From Omnitrophica WOR_2 bacterium RIFOXYA2_FULL_38_17 (GTDB lineage Bacteria > Omnitrophota > Gorgyraeia > Zapsychrales > Zapsychraceae), in assembly GCA_001805965.1 (NCBI GenBank), contig MHHG01000057.1, positions 85,975 through 149,974 on the forward strand: DNA of 64,000 nt, read 5' to 3'. The notes below the pieces were generated by a model that was given only the letters and a program-made list of their open reading frames with translations, had not been told where the DNA came from and made no database searches. Each line of letters starts with the position of its first letter. The stretch's first letter is position 1. Of this stretch, positions 10,198-19,914 are shown in pieces. A program made the translations under genes and the position numbers.

Positions 10198-11351
10198 AGC
10201 TGGCTCATAACCTTTCTAGTTTCTTCCCTTGCCCAAATATCGGCATCCATAATTTGTTTTATACTAGGGCTGCTAACAATCTTGTGGTTCCTTACAACCT
10301 TAGCCACGACATCATATATTGAGTTAAAATTTAAAATGCCTTCTAAAAAGGACTCAACCGCCTCTTCATCTGCCGCATTTAAAACACATGGCAATGATCC
10401 GCCTTTTTTTAATGCATAATAAGCCAATTCAAGTGCGGGGAACTTCTTATAATCTGGCTTTTTAAACGTCAGTTTTTTTAACTCAACGAAATTCATGCTC
10501 TTCAATCCAGAATCAAGCCTGTCAGGATATGTCAGCGCATACTGAATAGGCAGCCTCATATCTGTAATACCAAGCTGGGCAATAATTGACCCGTCAACAT
10601 ATTCAACCATTGAATGTATAATTGCCTCTGGGTGAATCAATACATCAATTTCATCGGTTTTCAAATTAAACAATTTTTGGGCTTCAATAACTTCAAAACC
10701 CTTGTTCATCATAGTAGCAGAATCTACTGTTATCTTTTTTCCCATCTTCCATCTAGGATGACTTAATATCTGTCCAACTGTTAATCCATTGAACTTAGAC
10801 TTTGGAACATTTAACAACGCCCCTCCAGAAGCCGTTAAAAAAACCTTTTTTAATTCGCTTCTCTTCTGCCCATTCAAACACTGAAAAATAGCACTTTGCT
10901 CGCTATCGATCGGAACAATTGTAGCGCCATGCTCTCTTGCCTCTTGCATAATAATGTCGCCCGCCATGACCAAAGCTTCTTTATTCGCCGGAGCTACGAT
11001 CTTGCCTGACCTGACAGCCGCCAAGAACGGACCTAAAGCGCCCGCCCCCCTCATCGCGATAACAACCACATCAACATTCTTTAATGAAACTATGCTCTCA
11101 AGATCCCTGTTAACACTTAATATTTTGGTTTTGCCAGAACTTATTTTCTTTTTTAAATAAGCAACGCCTTTATCGCTGACACCTAAATGAGTAGGCTGAA
11201 ATTTCTTAGCTTGTTTCTCAAGTAGCTTAAAATTATTATAAGCAGTTAATCCAACAACTTTAAATCTTTCAGGATAACGCTCAACAACTTTTAAAGTATT
11301 AATACCTATTGAGCCAGTTGATCCGAGAATAACTATGTTTTTGCAGCCCAT
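10194..11351 (-). CDS. dxr: 1-deoxy-D-xylulose-5-phosphate reductoisomerase
   Basis: ILGSTGSIG, ANKEALV, PIDSE, LTASGG, HPRWKMGKKITVDSATMMNKGFE. Confidence 0.97.
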   Translation of the reverse strand: MGCKNIVILGSTGSIGINTLKVVERYPERFKVVGLTAYNNFKLLEKQAKKFQPTHLGVSDKGVAYLKKKISSGKTKILSVNRDLESIVSLKNVDVVVIAMRGAGALGPFLAAVRSGKIVAPANKEALVMAGDIIMQEAREHGATIVPIDSEQSAIFQCLNGQKRSELKKVFLTASGGALLNVPKSKFNGLTVGQILSHPRWKMGKKITVDSATMMNKGFEVIEAQKLFNLKTDEIDVLIHPEAIIHSMVEYVDGSIIAQLGITDMRLPIQYALTYPDRLDSGLKSMNFVELKKLTFKKPDYKKFPALELAYYALKKGGSLPCVLNAADEEAVESFLEGILNFNSIYDVVAKVVRNHKIVSSPSIKQIMDADIWAREETRKVMSQL

Positions 11352-11360
11352 AATGCCAAT

Positions 11361-12188
11361 TTATAAAGAATTTAAAATATGACTCATATAAAAATAAAAT
11401 GCAGGTGCTGAAAACAGCAAGCTATCAATTGCATCTAAAGCACCACCTAAAGCAGGCAACATTTTTCCGGAATCCTTTACATTGAAATCTCTTTTTATAA
11501 GCGATTCAGACATGTCACCAATTTGACCCATTCCCCCAAAAAACATTCCCACCAGTCCAATTTGCCAAAAAGAAAATCCTAATACAGCAGGGAACAAACC
11601 CTTTGCCAATATAGCAACAATAGCACTTGCAGCAAAACTGCCAATGGCTCCTTCAACCGTTTTTTTAGGACTTACCCTATAAAGCAACGGATGCTTTCCG
11701 AAATAAGAACCTATTAATAAGGCACCCATATCGCCAGATTTTGTTATCAAAAGCAAAAACCCTACCAATTTCATGCCAGCTCCTGAAACTTCTGGCATAA
11801 GAAACCTAATCTTAATTAAAAAACTAAAGAACCATGAAACATACAAGATCCCAAAAAGTGTTGTTGAAATGCCAACAATAGCATTACTATTATCTTTGCG
11901 TGCAAGCTGCATGATAAATATCATGATCAAAGCTAACCCAATAAAAAAAAGCTCCCACCCTTTTGTCGGCTGGAATTTAAAAAATATTGAGAGAGGTATT
12001 ATTGCTCCAATAGCGATACCGGTATAACTGTAAATGGGTATGCCTTTTTTCTTTACCAAATAAAAGAATTCATAAAGACCTCCAACCGTCAGCAATAATA
12101 AAACACTAATAAAAACCCAATCATTTATAACCGCAAAAAACGACAAAAGAATCATTACTGTTGAACTGAAAAGCCTATCCCTGTTCAT
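11361..12188 (-). CDS. cdsA: Phosphatidate cytidylyltransferase
   Basis: Multi-TM; VSPKKTVEG, GDMSESLIKR..VKDSG..LP..GG.LD.IDS. Start moved to ATG 12188 (MNRDRLF), overlapping the uppS end. Confidence 0.93.
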   Translation of the reverse strand: MNRDRLFSSTVMILLSFFAVINDWVFISVLLLLTVGGLYEFFYLVKKKGIPIYSYTGIAIGAIIPLSIFFKFQPTKGWELFFIGLALIMIFIMQLARKDNSNAIVGISTTLFGILYVSWFFSFLIKIRFLMPEVSGAGMKLVGFLLLITKSGDMGALLIGSYFGKHPLLYRVSPKKTVEGAIGSFAASAIVAILAKGLFPAVLGFSFWQIGLVGMFFGGMGQIGDMSESLIKRDFNVKDSGKMLPALGGALDAIDSLLFSAPAFYFYMSHILNSL

Positions 12189-12921
12189 CTTTTGTTTCCT
12201 TTTTATTAATAGCCCCAAAGCGCCTATCCCGCTTATTAAAATCAATAATTGCTTTTTCTAGTTCCTCCGATGTGAACTCAGGCCAATATTTCTCAGTAAA
12301 ATACAATTCAGCATAAGATAATTGCCATAATAAAAAATTACTTACTCTTTTTTCTCCGGAAGTTCGTATAAGAAGATCCGGGTCAGGTAAATTTTTTGTG
12401 TACATTGCTTTCGATATTTGATCTTCGTTAATATCGGCCAATTCCATTTTACCTGCTTTTACTTTGCCTGCTATTGATAAAAATGCATCTAATATTTCCA
12501 TTCTTGAGCCATAATCAATAGCCAAATTCAAGATCATACCATTACAATGCTTTGTATCTTTAGACACTTCGCTAATGGAGGCCAAGACATTTTCAGGTAA
12601 CCTGTTTGTCCTTCCAATCGTCTGAAATCTAATATGACGGTTCATCAACATCTTTTTTTTCTTTAGCATTAGCCCCGCAAGAGCGTTCATCAACATACTG
12701 ACTTCTGTTTGTGGACGATTCCAATTTTCAGTAGAGAAAGTAAACAATGTCAGTACTTTAATACCTAAATCGCTCGAACTCTTAATAATCTCTTCAACTC
12801 TTTTCATCCCTTCAAAATGGCCCTGGATCCTAGCCATTTTTCTCTTCTGTGCCCACCTTCCATTACCGTCCATTATTATTGCTACATGTTTGGGAATATT
12901 TTCAAATTTTTGATTTTTCAT
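12175..12921 (-). CDS. uppS: Undecaprenyl diphosphate synthase
   Basis: PKHVAIIMDGNGRWA, FSTENWNRP, PDLLIRTSGEKRVSNFLLWQ. Start most likely ATG 12921 (MKNQKF); the track extends to 12972. Confidence 0.96.
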   Translation of the reverse strand: MKNQKFENIPKHVAIIMDGNGRWAQKRKMARIQGHFEGMKRVEEIIKSSSDLGIKVLTLFTFSTENWNRPQTEVSMLMNALAGLMLKKKKMLMNRHIRFQTIGRTNRLPENVLASISEVSKDTKHCNGMILNLAIDYGSRMEILDAFLSIAGKVKAGKMELADINEDQISKAMYTKNLPDPDLLIRTSGEKRVSNFLLWQLSYAELYFTEKYWPEFTSEELEKAIIDFNKRDRRFGAINKKETKDEQG

Positions 12922-12927
12922 TTCATT

Positions 12928-12957
12928 TAAATAAAATGGGGGATTATTATCCCCCAT
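12928..12957 (-). terminator. Intrinsic terminator-like hairpin just upstream of uppS
   Basis: Minus strand ATGGGGGAT-AATA-ATCCCCCAT (perfect 9-bp stem) followed by TTTATTT. Confidence 0.6.
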
Positions 12958-13012
12958 CTCAAAGTCTCTCATCTAGCAATAGAAAAAGTTTTAATTAGTC
13001 ATCGCAACAATC

Positions 13013-13360
13013 CTAAAAATCCCCTGAAGAAACTTTTATCAACTCCTGGATTTTAGTTTCCAAGTTCTTTTTTATTTCAGAAACTTTATTCAATCGGTTC
13101 ATTAAATCCTCATTAACCATTTTCTCTTTAGTTAACAACGTTTCAATGTTTTCATTTTTTTTATGAACTTTTGCTAATTGTGATTCTAATGAAACAACCA
13201 TTTTCCTGGTTTTTTCTAGGTCTTCTTCAGCAACCATCCTACTATATCTTTCAGTATTTAATTTTTGCTGGGCTTTTAACAGATCAGTTTTAGAATTAAA
13301 TGCCATCAATCCACATGAAAAAAGCAAGACAATAATAAGAATTAATACAAGAACTCTCAA
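13013..13360 (-). CDS. Hypothetical membrane-anchored or lipoprotein coiled-coil protein
   Basis: TTG start with SD GGAGG; hydrophobic N-terminus with possible lipobox LFSC; the rest is heptad-rich. Confidence 0.75.
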   Translation of the reverse strand: MRVLVLILIIVLLFSCGLMAFNSKTDLLKAQQKLNTERYSRMVAEEDLEKTRKMVVSLESQLAKVHKKNENIETLLTKEKMVNEDLMNRLNKVSEIKKNLETKIQELIKVSSGDF

Positions 13361-13383
13361 AATCCCCTCCTTTTAGATATAGA

Positions 13384-14013
13384 TCATCGTCCCTTTTTTT
13401 CTATTTTAGGAATAATTACGATCTCAACTCTGCGATTCTTTTGCCTTCCTTCAGCCGTATCATTTGTCGCTATAGGCCTATGCTCTCCATATCCGGTTGC
13501 CGACAAACGGTTAGAATTTATTTTCTGTTCATCTTCAAGATAATATAGAACACTTAAGGCTCTAGCAGAAGATAATTCCCAGTTTGATTTCCAGCCAGAG
13601 TACTTGATCGGCACATTATCCGTATGCCCTTCAATGCCGATAGAAAGATCTTTAACTGTCGTCTTTAAGACATCAGAGATTTTATCCAATGATAAATAAG
13701 CTTCTTGCTTTAACTCGTTTTTTCCTGAGTCAAAAAGAACTTCGGCGACAAAAGTAATAACAAGTCCTTTGTCAAGCATTTGGACATTTACATCTTTTTG
13801 CCCAATTTCATTCTTCAGCTTATCCTCCAATTCATTCTTGGCTTTTTCAAGGTCCGATAATTCTCCTTTGAGCTTTGATATCTTTTCAACATCAACTCTT
13901 CTGCCTTTTTGAAATATTATCGTACAGCCGTTAAATGATATAAATACAATAGTTATAATTAATAGATTTAAAAACCTCGATTTCTTGCTATACATAATTT
14001 CCTCCCTTTTCAT
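13384..14013 (-). CDS. OmpA/MotB-family peptidoglycan-binding protein with coiled coil (probable lipoprotein)
   Basis: VLFDSG, IEGHTDN.P, NWELSSARA.SV, GYGEHRP..NDTAEGRQKNRRVEI; signal ending FNG-C. Confidence 0.88.
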   Translation of the reverse strand: MKREEIMYSKKSRFLNLLIITIVFISFNGCTIIFQKGRRVDVEKISKLKGELSDLEKAKNELEDKLKNEIGQKDVNVQMLDKGLVITFVAEVLFDSGKNELKQEAYLSLDKISDVLKTTVKDLSIGIEGHTDNVPIKYSGWKSNWELSSARALSVLYYLEDEQKINSNRLSATGYGEHRPIATNDTAEGRQKNRRVEIVIIPKIEKKGR

Positions 14014-14157
14014 ATTTAGGAAAATAATTTTCTAACAATAAGTACTATTAAATAATAGGTCAGATAGACAATCCTATGCAGATTTCAACATTAACATAGC
14101 GCTATTTTAAAGTCAAGATAATTCTCCAAACATAACGTATGTCAATAGGATACAACG

Positions 14158-15429
14158 CTAACAAACAATTATTTGGTCTCTTTTTGACCCTATAGAAACG
14201 TACTTCACTGCTACCTTAAGAAGTTTTTCCAGTCTTCTAACGTATTTCCTTGCATTAACAGGCAATTTGTTAAACTCTCTTATACCCGTTGTTGAAGTCT
14301 TCCAACCCTGCATTTCCTCATAAATTGGCTTTGCATTTGCAATAACTTCAAAATCTGTAGGAAAATTCTTATAGATTTTGCCTTTATATTTGTAAGCCGT
14401 ACATATCTTTATCTTTTCAAGATCATCAAGAACATCTAGCTTCATAATAGCAAGCTCGTCAATACCATTTAAAATGACGGAATACCTAACCAAAACACTG
14501 TCAAACCATCCGCATCTTCTTGGTCTTCCTGTTGTAGCACCATACTCTTTACCTTTTTTTCGAATATCATCTTTCAAGCGATTCGTAAATTCTGTAGGAA
14601 ACGGTCCTTCACCAACTCTAGTAGTATAAGCCTTTACACAAGCAATGGCTTTATCGATCTTAGTCGGCCCAACACCGGTCCCCGAGCAAACTCCTCCTAC
14701 AATAGAGTTCGATGAAGTCACAAAAGGATATGTGCCAAAATCAATGTCCAAGAAAGTGCCTTGAGCTCCTTCAAAAAGAATTGATTTTTTCTTATCAATT
14801 GCTTCGTTCAAATAAATAACAGTATCACAAATATACTTTTTCAGCTGTTTACCATAGCCCAAATATTCATTATATATGCTATCAAAAGAGTAACCCTTCG
14901 CTCCATACACCTTCTTAAAAATCTCGTTTTTCTCTAACAGATTATCTTTAAGCTTTTCTTCAAGCACTTTAGGGTTTAACAAGTCAACTAATCTGATCCC
15001 GCATCTCGTAACTTTATCAGAATAACAAGGGCCTATACCTCTTCCGGTTGTTCCAATCTTGTTTTTTCTTTTTGTTTCTCTTAACCCATCAAGAACTCTG
15101 TGATAAGGCATGACTACATGACATCTATCAGACACCTTAAAACGCTTTTCTGTCACCTTTAAACCTTTTTTTTCAAGATCACTTATTTCTTGAAGCAGTG
15201 CTTTGGGATCAACAACAACTCCATTGCCAATAACACAAACTTTTCCTTTATGTAATATTGCAGAAGGAAGCAAATGAAAAATATATTCCTTATTTCCTAC
15301 AACTACAGTATGACCAGCATTATTCCCTCCCTGATATCGAACAGTAATATCAGTATCTTTAGAAATAATGTCGATCAACTTTCCTTTTCCTTCATCACCC
15401 CACTGTGAGCCGACAACAACTAAATTCAT
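14158..15429 (-). CDS. purA: Adenylosuccinate synthetase
   Basis: GSQWGDEGKGK, QGGNNAGHT, IGTTGRGIGP, GATTGRPRRCGWFD. Start set at ATG 15429 after SD AAGGA. Confidence 0.97.
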   Translation of the reverse strand: MNLVVVGSQWGDEGKGKLIDIISKDTDITVRYQGGNNAGHTVVVGNKEYIFHLLPSAILHKGKVCVIGNGVVVDPKALLQEISDLEKKGLKVTEKRFKVSDRCHVVMPYHRVLDGLRETKRKNKIGTTGRGIGPCYSDKVTRCGIRLVDLLNPKVLEEKLKDNLLEKNEIFKKVYGAKGYSFDSIYNEYLGYGKQLKKYICDTVIYLNEAIDKKKSILFEGAQGTFLDIDFGTYPFVTSSNSIVGGVCSGTGVGPTKIDKAIACVKAYTTRVGEGPFPTEFTNRLKDDIRKKGKEYGATTGRPRRCGWFDSVLVRYSVILNGIDELAIMKLDVLDDLEKIKICTAYKYKGKIYKNFPTDFEVIANAKPIYEEMQGWKTSTTGIREFNKLPVNARKYVRRLEKLLKVAVKYVSIGSKRDQIIVC

Positions 15430-15490
15430 TCTTAATCCTTTTTTTATCAATTACAGTTAAGATTTAAATCCCTTTTGAAAAATTAAAAAC

Positions 15491-16282
15491 TTATAAAAGC
15501 TTGTTCAAGATAACTAAAACTGAACTAACTCCAACGGCCAACAAAACAGCAGTAAATACCATATGCAGCAAAGAAAAGTGTTTTCTCAACGCATTAGCCG
15601 CCCCTTTACTCTCCATTGAGAACATTACAAAGACCCAAATTAAAATTAACGGTAGCATATTAGAAATAAAATACAGAAAAAGCTTAAAATACGCTGTTTT
15701 AATATCTTCCATTTGTGCCACTGTAAGAAAATTTAAAGCAAGTTCTGCGTTCTCCCCAGAACCCAAATTCAGAAAACCTATAAAATGCCCTATGACAACA
15801 GGAACAAAAACAAGAAAAATCAGGTTCAGAAAAACATCAATAAATGTAGTCTTCTTACTAGCCGCTAAAGGTGTTTGCTCCAGCAAAAAAGCTGGTAATC
15901 GTAAAGCAACCTTAACTTCCGATGCCTGACGCTTAAATGCAATCCACTCAAAAAACATTTTCAATCCTAACGCAATCATACCAAAAGCCAAAACCAAATA
16001 CATTATTCTTAAAATTCTATCGACATCCATAAAACTGTAAAAAATATCCATTAGACCCAAAGCTAATAAATAATTCATCCTAGCAAAAGATATAAGGTAA
16101 ACTAATCCGACAAGAAAGATTTTTTCCTTTGTTGTTCCGACACAACTAAGATACATAACAAAGAACAACAAAGCTATAAGCATACAAAGAGACAAACTAC
16201 TGCTAATCCCCGAATACAATACAGGTAAAAAAACAAAACCATTGCAAGTTGTTAACCCTGATACAAAGCTTTTTTTCTGCAT
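15491..16282 (-). CDS. Hypothetical polytopic membrane protein
   Basis: About 6-7 hydrophobic segments; no motif I can assign (only a vague CcdA/DsbD-like topology). Confidence 0.65.
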   Translation of the reverse strand: MQKKSFVSGLTTCNGFVFLPVLYSGISSSLSLCMLIALLFFVMYLSCVGTTKEKIFLVGLVYLISFARMNYLLALGLMDIFYSFMDVDRILRIMYLVLAFGMIALGLKMFFEWIAFKRQASEVKVALRLPAFLLEQTPLAASKKTTFIDVFLNLIFLVFVPVVIGHFIGFLNLGSGENAELALNFLTVAQMEDIKTAYFKLFLYFISNMLPLILIWVFVMFSMESKGAANALRKHFSLLHMVFTAVLLAVGVSSVLVILNKLL

Positions 16283-16319
16283 AATTATTATAGAAATCTT
16301 TTAAAAGTATTATACATGA

Positions 16320-16360
16320 AGTGACAGTTCAAGCTAAATAATACTGCCTGAACTGTCACT
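16320..16360 (-). terminator. Long hairpin downstream of serA
   Basis: AGTGACAGTTCA / TGAACTGTCACT perfect 12-bp inverted repeat (15 bp with one G-U on the minus strand); U-tract is weak. Confidence 0.5.
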
Positions 16361-16389
16361 AGCATAAATTAAGAACAGATTAAAACAAC

Positions 16390-17976
16390 TTAGATCTTCA
16401 AAAGCTTTACGAATAGAACATCTTTAGTGTTTTTAATCTTTGTAATCGTTTCTTCAGACACTTCACTGTCAACATTGACAACGCTAACTGCCAGTCCCCC
16501 TTTTGACTCACGGCCAAAAGTTATGCCGGCAATATTAACATTCTCTTGTGCCAAGACTGTCCCAACAGCTCCAACAATCCCTGGCTTATCATTATTGTTT
16601 ATAAAAAGCAAATTGCCTTCGGGCACGGCTTCAACATAAACATTATTTACTTTAACAATACGAGGCTGATTATTCCCAGACAATGTCCCCCAAATGACAA
16701 AAGGCTCTTTATCTGTTTTTATTTCAGCAATGATACAATTAACAAACTCTTCATCTTTTGTCGAATTAACCTCTTCAACAGCAATAGATCTCTCCTTTGC
16801 AACCTCAAGAGCATTAATTGAATTAATTGTATCCCCCAAAATATGGCTCAATAATCCATGAACCAATGATAATGTTACTGGAGCCGCTTTATGATCTGTA
16901 ACAACACCGCTATAAGTTATTTTAACTTCATTGATCCTGCCATTGATCAATTGGCCTGCAAATTTTCCCATCTTAAGACCTAAGCTTATATAAGGCTCAA
17001 GCACCTTGTAGCCTTCAGCACTTACTGTTGGGAAATTTGCCGCATTAACTATACCCCTGCCCAAAAGAGCATTCTTTACAGTCTCTGCAATTTCAATAGC
17101 AACATTGATCTGGGCTTCTGATGTAGAGGCACCGAGATGAGGGGTTGTCACACAATTTTCAAATTTAAATAAAGGAGAATTAAAATCCGGCGGCTCTTGC
17201 TCGTAAACATCTACTGCACAGCCAGCAATCTTTCCTTGTTCCAAAGCTTTTATCAAGGCTTCTTCATTAACAATGCCTCCTCTGGCACAATTAATTACAC
17301 GGCATGTTCTTTTCATCATATCAAACTCTTTATCACCGATAAGGTCCTTTGTTTCACTGCTCTTAGGAATATGAACCGAAACAAAGTCACTTGTTTTAAG
17401 CAACTTTTCAAGGTCGACGATCTCAACTCCTTTTTTTGTCGCAGCTTCAATTGATAGAAATGGATCATATGCAATGACATTCATAACAAAAGCCTTTGCA
17501 AAACTTGCGACTGTTGAGCCAATCCTCCCTAGACCGATAATCCCAAGAGTTTTACCATATAGTTCAACTCCATCAAATTTTGTTCTTTCCCATTTTCCTG
17601 CTTTAAGAGAAGCACATGCCTGAGCCGTGTTCCTTGATAATGCCAAAATCAATGCCATTGTTTGTTCTGCAGTAGATGTAGTGTTTCCTGCCGGGGTATT
17701 CATTGCAACTATACCCTTTTTCGTAGCAGCTTTTAGATCGACATTGTCCAATCCAACACCAGCCCTACCAATGAACTTAAGATTATCTGCCACCTCAAGG
17801 ATATCTTCCTTTAATTTCGTCGCGCTACGGATAATAATAGCATCATAATCCTTAATGATCGCTTTTAGCTCATCCGGCTTCAACCCTGTGTTGACATCTA
17901 CTTGAAATTCTTTTTCTTTCCTAAGAATCTCAATACATTCGTCTGCCAACTTGTCACTGATCAGAATCTTTTTCAT
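16390..17976 (-). CDS. serA: D-3-phosphoglycerate dehydrogenase (long form with ASB and ACT domains)
   Basis: IGRAGVGLDNVD, GKTLGIIGLGRIG, INCARGG, TPHLGAST, C-terminal DKPGIVG ACT domain. Confidence 0.96.
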   Translation of the reverse strand: MKKILISDKLADECIEILRKEKEFQVDVNTGLKPDELKAIIKDYDAIIIRSATKLKEDILEVADNLKFIGRAGVGLDNVDLKAATKKGIVAMNTPAGNTTSTAEQTMALILALSRNTAQACASLKAGKWERTKFDGVELYGKTLGIIGLGRIGSTVASFAKAFVMNVIAYDPFLSIEAATKKGVEIVDLEKLLKTSDFVSVHIPKSSETKDLIGDKEFDMMKRTCRVINCARGGIVNEEALIKALEQGKIAGCAVDVYEQEPPDFNSPLFKFENCVTTPHLGASTSEAQINVAIEIAETVKNALLGRGIVNAANFPTVSAEGYKVLEPYISLGLKMGKFAGQLINGRINEVKITYSGVVTDHKAAPVTLSLVHGLLSHILGDTINSINALEVAKERSIAVEEVNSTKDEEFVNCIIAEIKTDKEPFVIWGTLSGNNQPRIVKVNNVYVEAVPEGNLLFINNNDKPGIVGAVGTVLAQENVNIAGITFGRESKGGLAVSVVNVDSEVSEETITKIKNTKDVLFVKLLKI

Positions 17977-18097
17977 TGTACTTCTCCCTTTTTTGACCTA
18001 TCCCCTGAAAGAGATAGTGCCAAGTGCATTTTCTTCTTTTTTGATCGATAAAACTTGAAGATTGCACCAATTTCTCCAAGGATTACTTATCGATTTA

Positions 18098-19237
18098 CTA
18101 TGAATTGAAAACTTCTTGTGCAGCCTTAACTCCAGCTCCCATTTCAAAAGAATAGCCAACATCTTTTAAAGCTTTTTCAAAACATGCTATCCCAGTAAGA
18201 ATGTCATACTCATCAACACAACCCATATGAGCTATTCTGACAATTTTACCTTTAAGATACCCTTGTCCTCCTGCAACAGTAACGCCATAAGTATCTCTCA
18301 TGATTTTTACGACTTTTCCTCCGGCAACTCCTTCCGGAAGAACTATTGGGGTAACCGCGTTGGAGACACAATCATCACCCGCCAAAATTGTCATACCTAA
18401 AGCTTTAGCTGCAGCCCTAGTTGCTTCTGCTAATTTTGCATATCTGGCAAATAACTTATCCAGCCCTTCCTCTTTAAATTTTCTCAAGCTGTCGACTAAA
18501 GCAACAACAATACTAATTGCAGGCGTGAAAGGAGTGTCAGGATCATTGTAAACTTTTTTGGATTTTCTAAGGTCAAAATAATATCTAGGCGTTTCACATT
18601 TTTCAACGAGCTTATAAGCTTTTTCGTTCATAGCTACAAAAGAGATTCCAGGAGGGAGCATAAACCCTTTGTGAGATGCGGATACAATAACATCAACTGC
18701 CCAGTCATCCATTTTAATATCAATAACACCTAAACCACTGATAGCATCGACTACCAAAACGGCGTTGGTTTCTTTTACAACCGCAGCAATTGATTTAATA
18801 TCAGATACCACTCCAGTAGAAGTTTCATTTAAAGTGACAAAGACCGCCTTGATAGATTTATCTTTATCAAGCAGGGCTTTAATGTCAGCAGGTTTTACGG
18901 CAGTGCCCCATTTAACTTCAATTACTTGTGGTTCTGCGCCATAGACTTTGCAAAGCTCTGTCCATCTTTCACCAAATTTCCCACCTTCAACAGTAATAGC
19001 TTTATCGCCTTTTCCAACCAAATTACAGACGGCCGCTTCCATCGCGCCAGTTCCTGAAGACGTTAGGATGTAAACATCATTCTTTGTTTGCATTACATAC
19101 TGCAAACCATCTATAACATCTTTAAGGTTTTGCGCAAATTGCGGCGTTCTGTGATGAATAATCGGCTTTCCCAAAGCCGCGCAAAGGTCTGGTGGTATTT
19201 GTGTTGGTCCCGGAGCTAAAATTAAATTTCTTTTCAT
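18098..19237 (-). CDS. Class V PLP aminotransferase (alanine/serine-glyoxylate family; probable phosphoserine aminotransferase by context)
   Basis: APGPT, HHRTP.F, SSGTGAMEA, NETSTGV, VDAIS, SASHKG..LPPG, RIAHMG; next to serA. Confidence 0.88.
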   Translation of the reverse strand: MKRNLILAPGPTQIPPDLCAALGKPIIHHRTPQFAQNLKDVIDGLQYVMQTKNDVYILTSSGTGAMEAAVCNLVGKGDKAITVEGGKFGERWTELCKVYGAEPQVIEVKWGTAVKPADIKALLDKDKSIKAVFVTLNETSTGVVSDIKSIAAVVKETNAVLVVDAISGLGVIDIKMDDWAVDVIVSASHKGFMLPPGISFVAMNEKAYKLVEKCETPRYYFDLRKSKKVYNDPDTPFTPAISIVVALVDSLRKFKEEGLDKLFARYAKLAEATRAAAKALGMTILAGDDCVSNAVTPIVLPEGVAGGKVVKIMRDTYGVTVAGGQGYLKGKIVRIAHMGCVDEYDILTGIACFEKALKDVGYSFEMGAGVKAAQEVFNS

Positions 19238-19307
19238 TGCTTACCTTTCTAAAATATTTTTTAAATTGAATATATCTTGCAGCAAATTATTAAGTTTAAA
19301 AATGCTT

Positions 19308-19913
19308 TTAATTAACTTCCTGATGCTCAATAACCGCATCAACAAGCCCGTACTCTTTGGCCTCGCTGGCCGACATAAAATAATCTCTGTCAGTATCTTT
19401 TTGGACCTTTTCTATTGGCTGCCCACAATGTTTTGACAATAGTTTATTCAGCTCTTCTTTCATCCGCAGGATCTCCTGGGCTTGAATTGATATATCACTA
19501 GCTGTCCCCTGTGTGCCACCCCACGGCTGATGGATCATAATACGAGCGTTTGGAAGTGCAAACCTTTTACCTTTTGCTCCGGCAGAAAGAAGAAGCGATC
19601 CCATGCTTGCAGCTTGACCCATGCAATACGTGCAAACATCTGGCTTAACAAATTGCATAGTATCATAAATTGCTAGCCCGGCCGTAACTGAACCACCTGG
19701 AGAATTCACGTATACATTGATATCCTTATTAGCATCATCGCTTTGAAGAAAAAGAAGTTGAGCTATAATCAAATTAGCAACATTGTCATCAATTGCTGTT
19801 CCAATAAAGATTATCCTGTCCTTTAACAAACGGGAATAGATATCGTAAGCCCTCTCTCCCTGACCAGTTTTTTCTACAACCATAGGTACTAACATCTGAT
19901 AATTTGGTTCCAT
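19308..19913 (-). CDS. clpP: ATP-dependent Clp protease proteolytic subunit
   Basis: [39 protein letters not shown]. Confidence 0.97.
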   Translation of the reverse strand: MEPNYQMLVPMVVEKTGQGERAYDIYSRLLKDRIIFIGTAIDDNVANLIIAQLLFLQSDDANKDINVYVNSPGGSVTAGLAIYDTMQFVKPDVCTYCMGQAASMGSLLLSAGAKGKRFALPNARIMIHQPWGGTQGTASDISIQAQEILRMKEELNKLLSKHCGQPIEKVQKDTDRDYFMSASEAKEYGLVDAVIEHQEVN

Positions 19914-19914
19914 T

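Noticed and set aside
13384-14013. Flagellar stator MotB
   Set aside because: No TM Asp motif, no motA, and a lipoprotein-like N-terminus.
14014-14157. sigma70 promoter from TTGACA/TTGACT upstream of the OmpA-family gene
   Set aside because: Neither -35 has a convincing -10 at 16-18 bp spacing.
17998-18080. Canonical glycine riboswitch
   Set aside because: GGAGA and CTTTCAGG are present, but the CCGAAG core and three-way junction are not; kept only as an unassigned RNA candidate.
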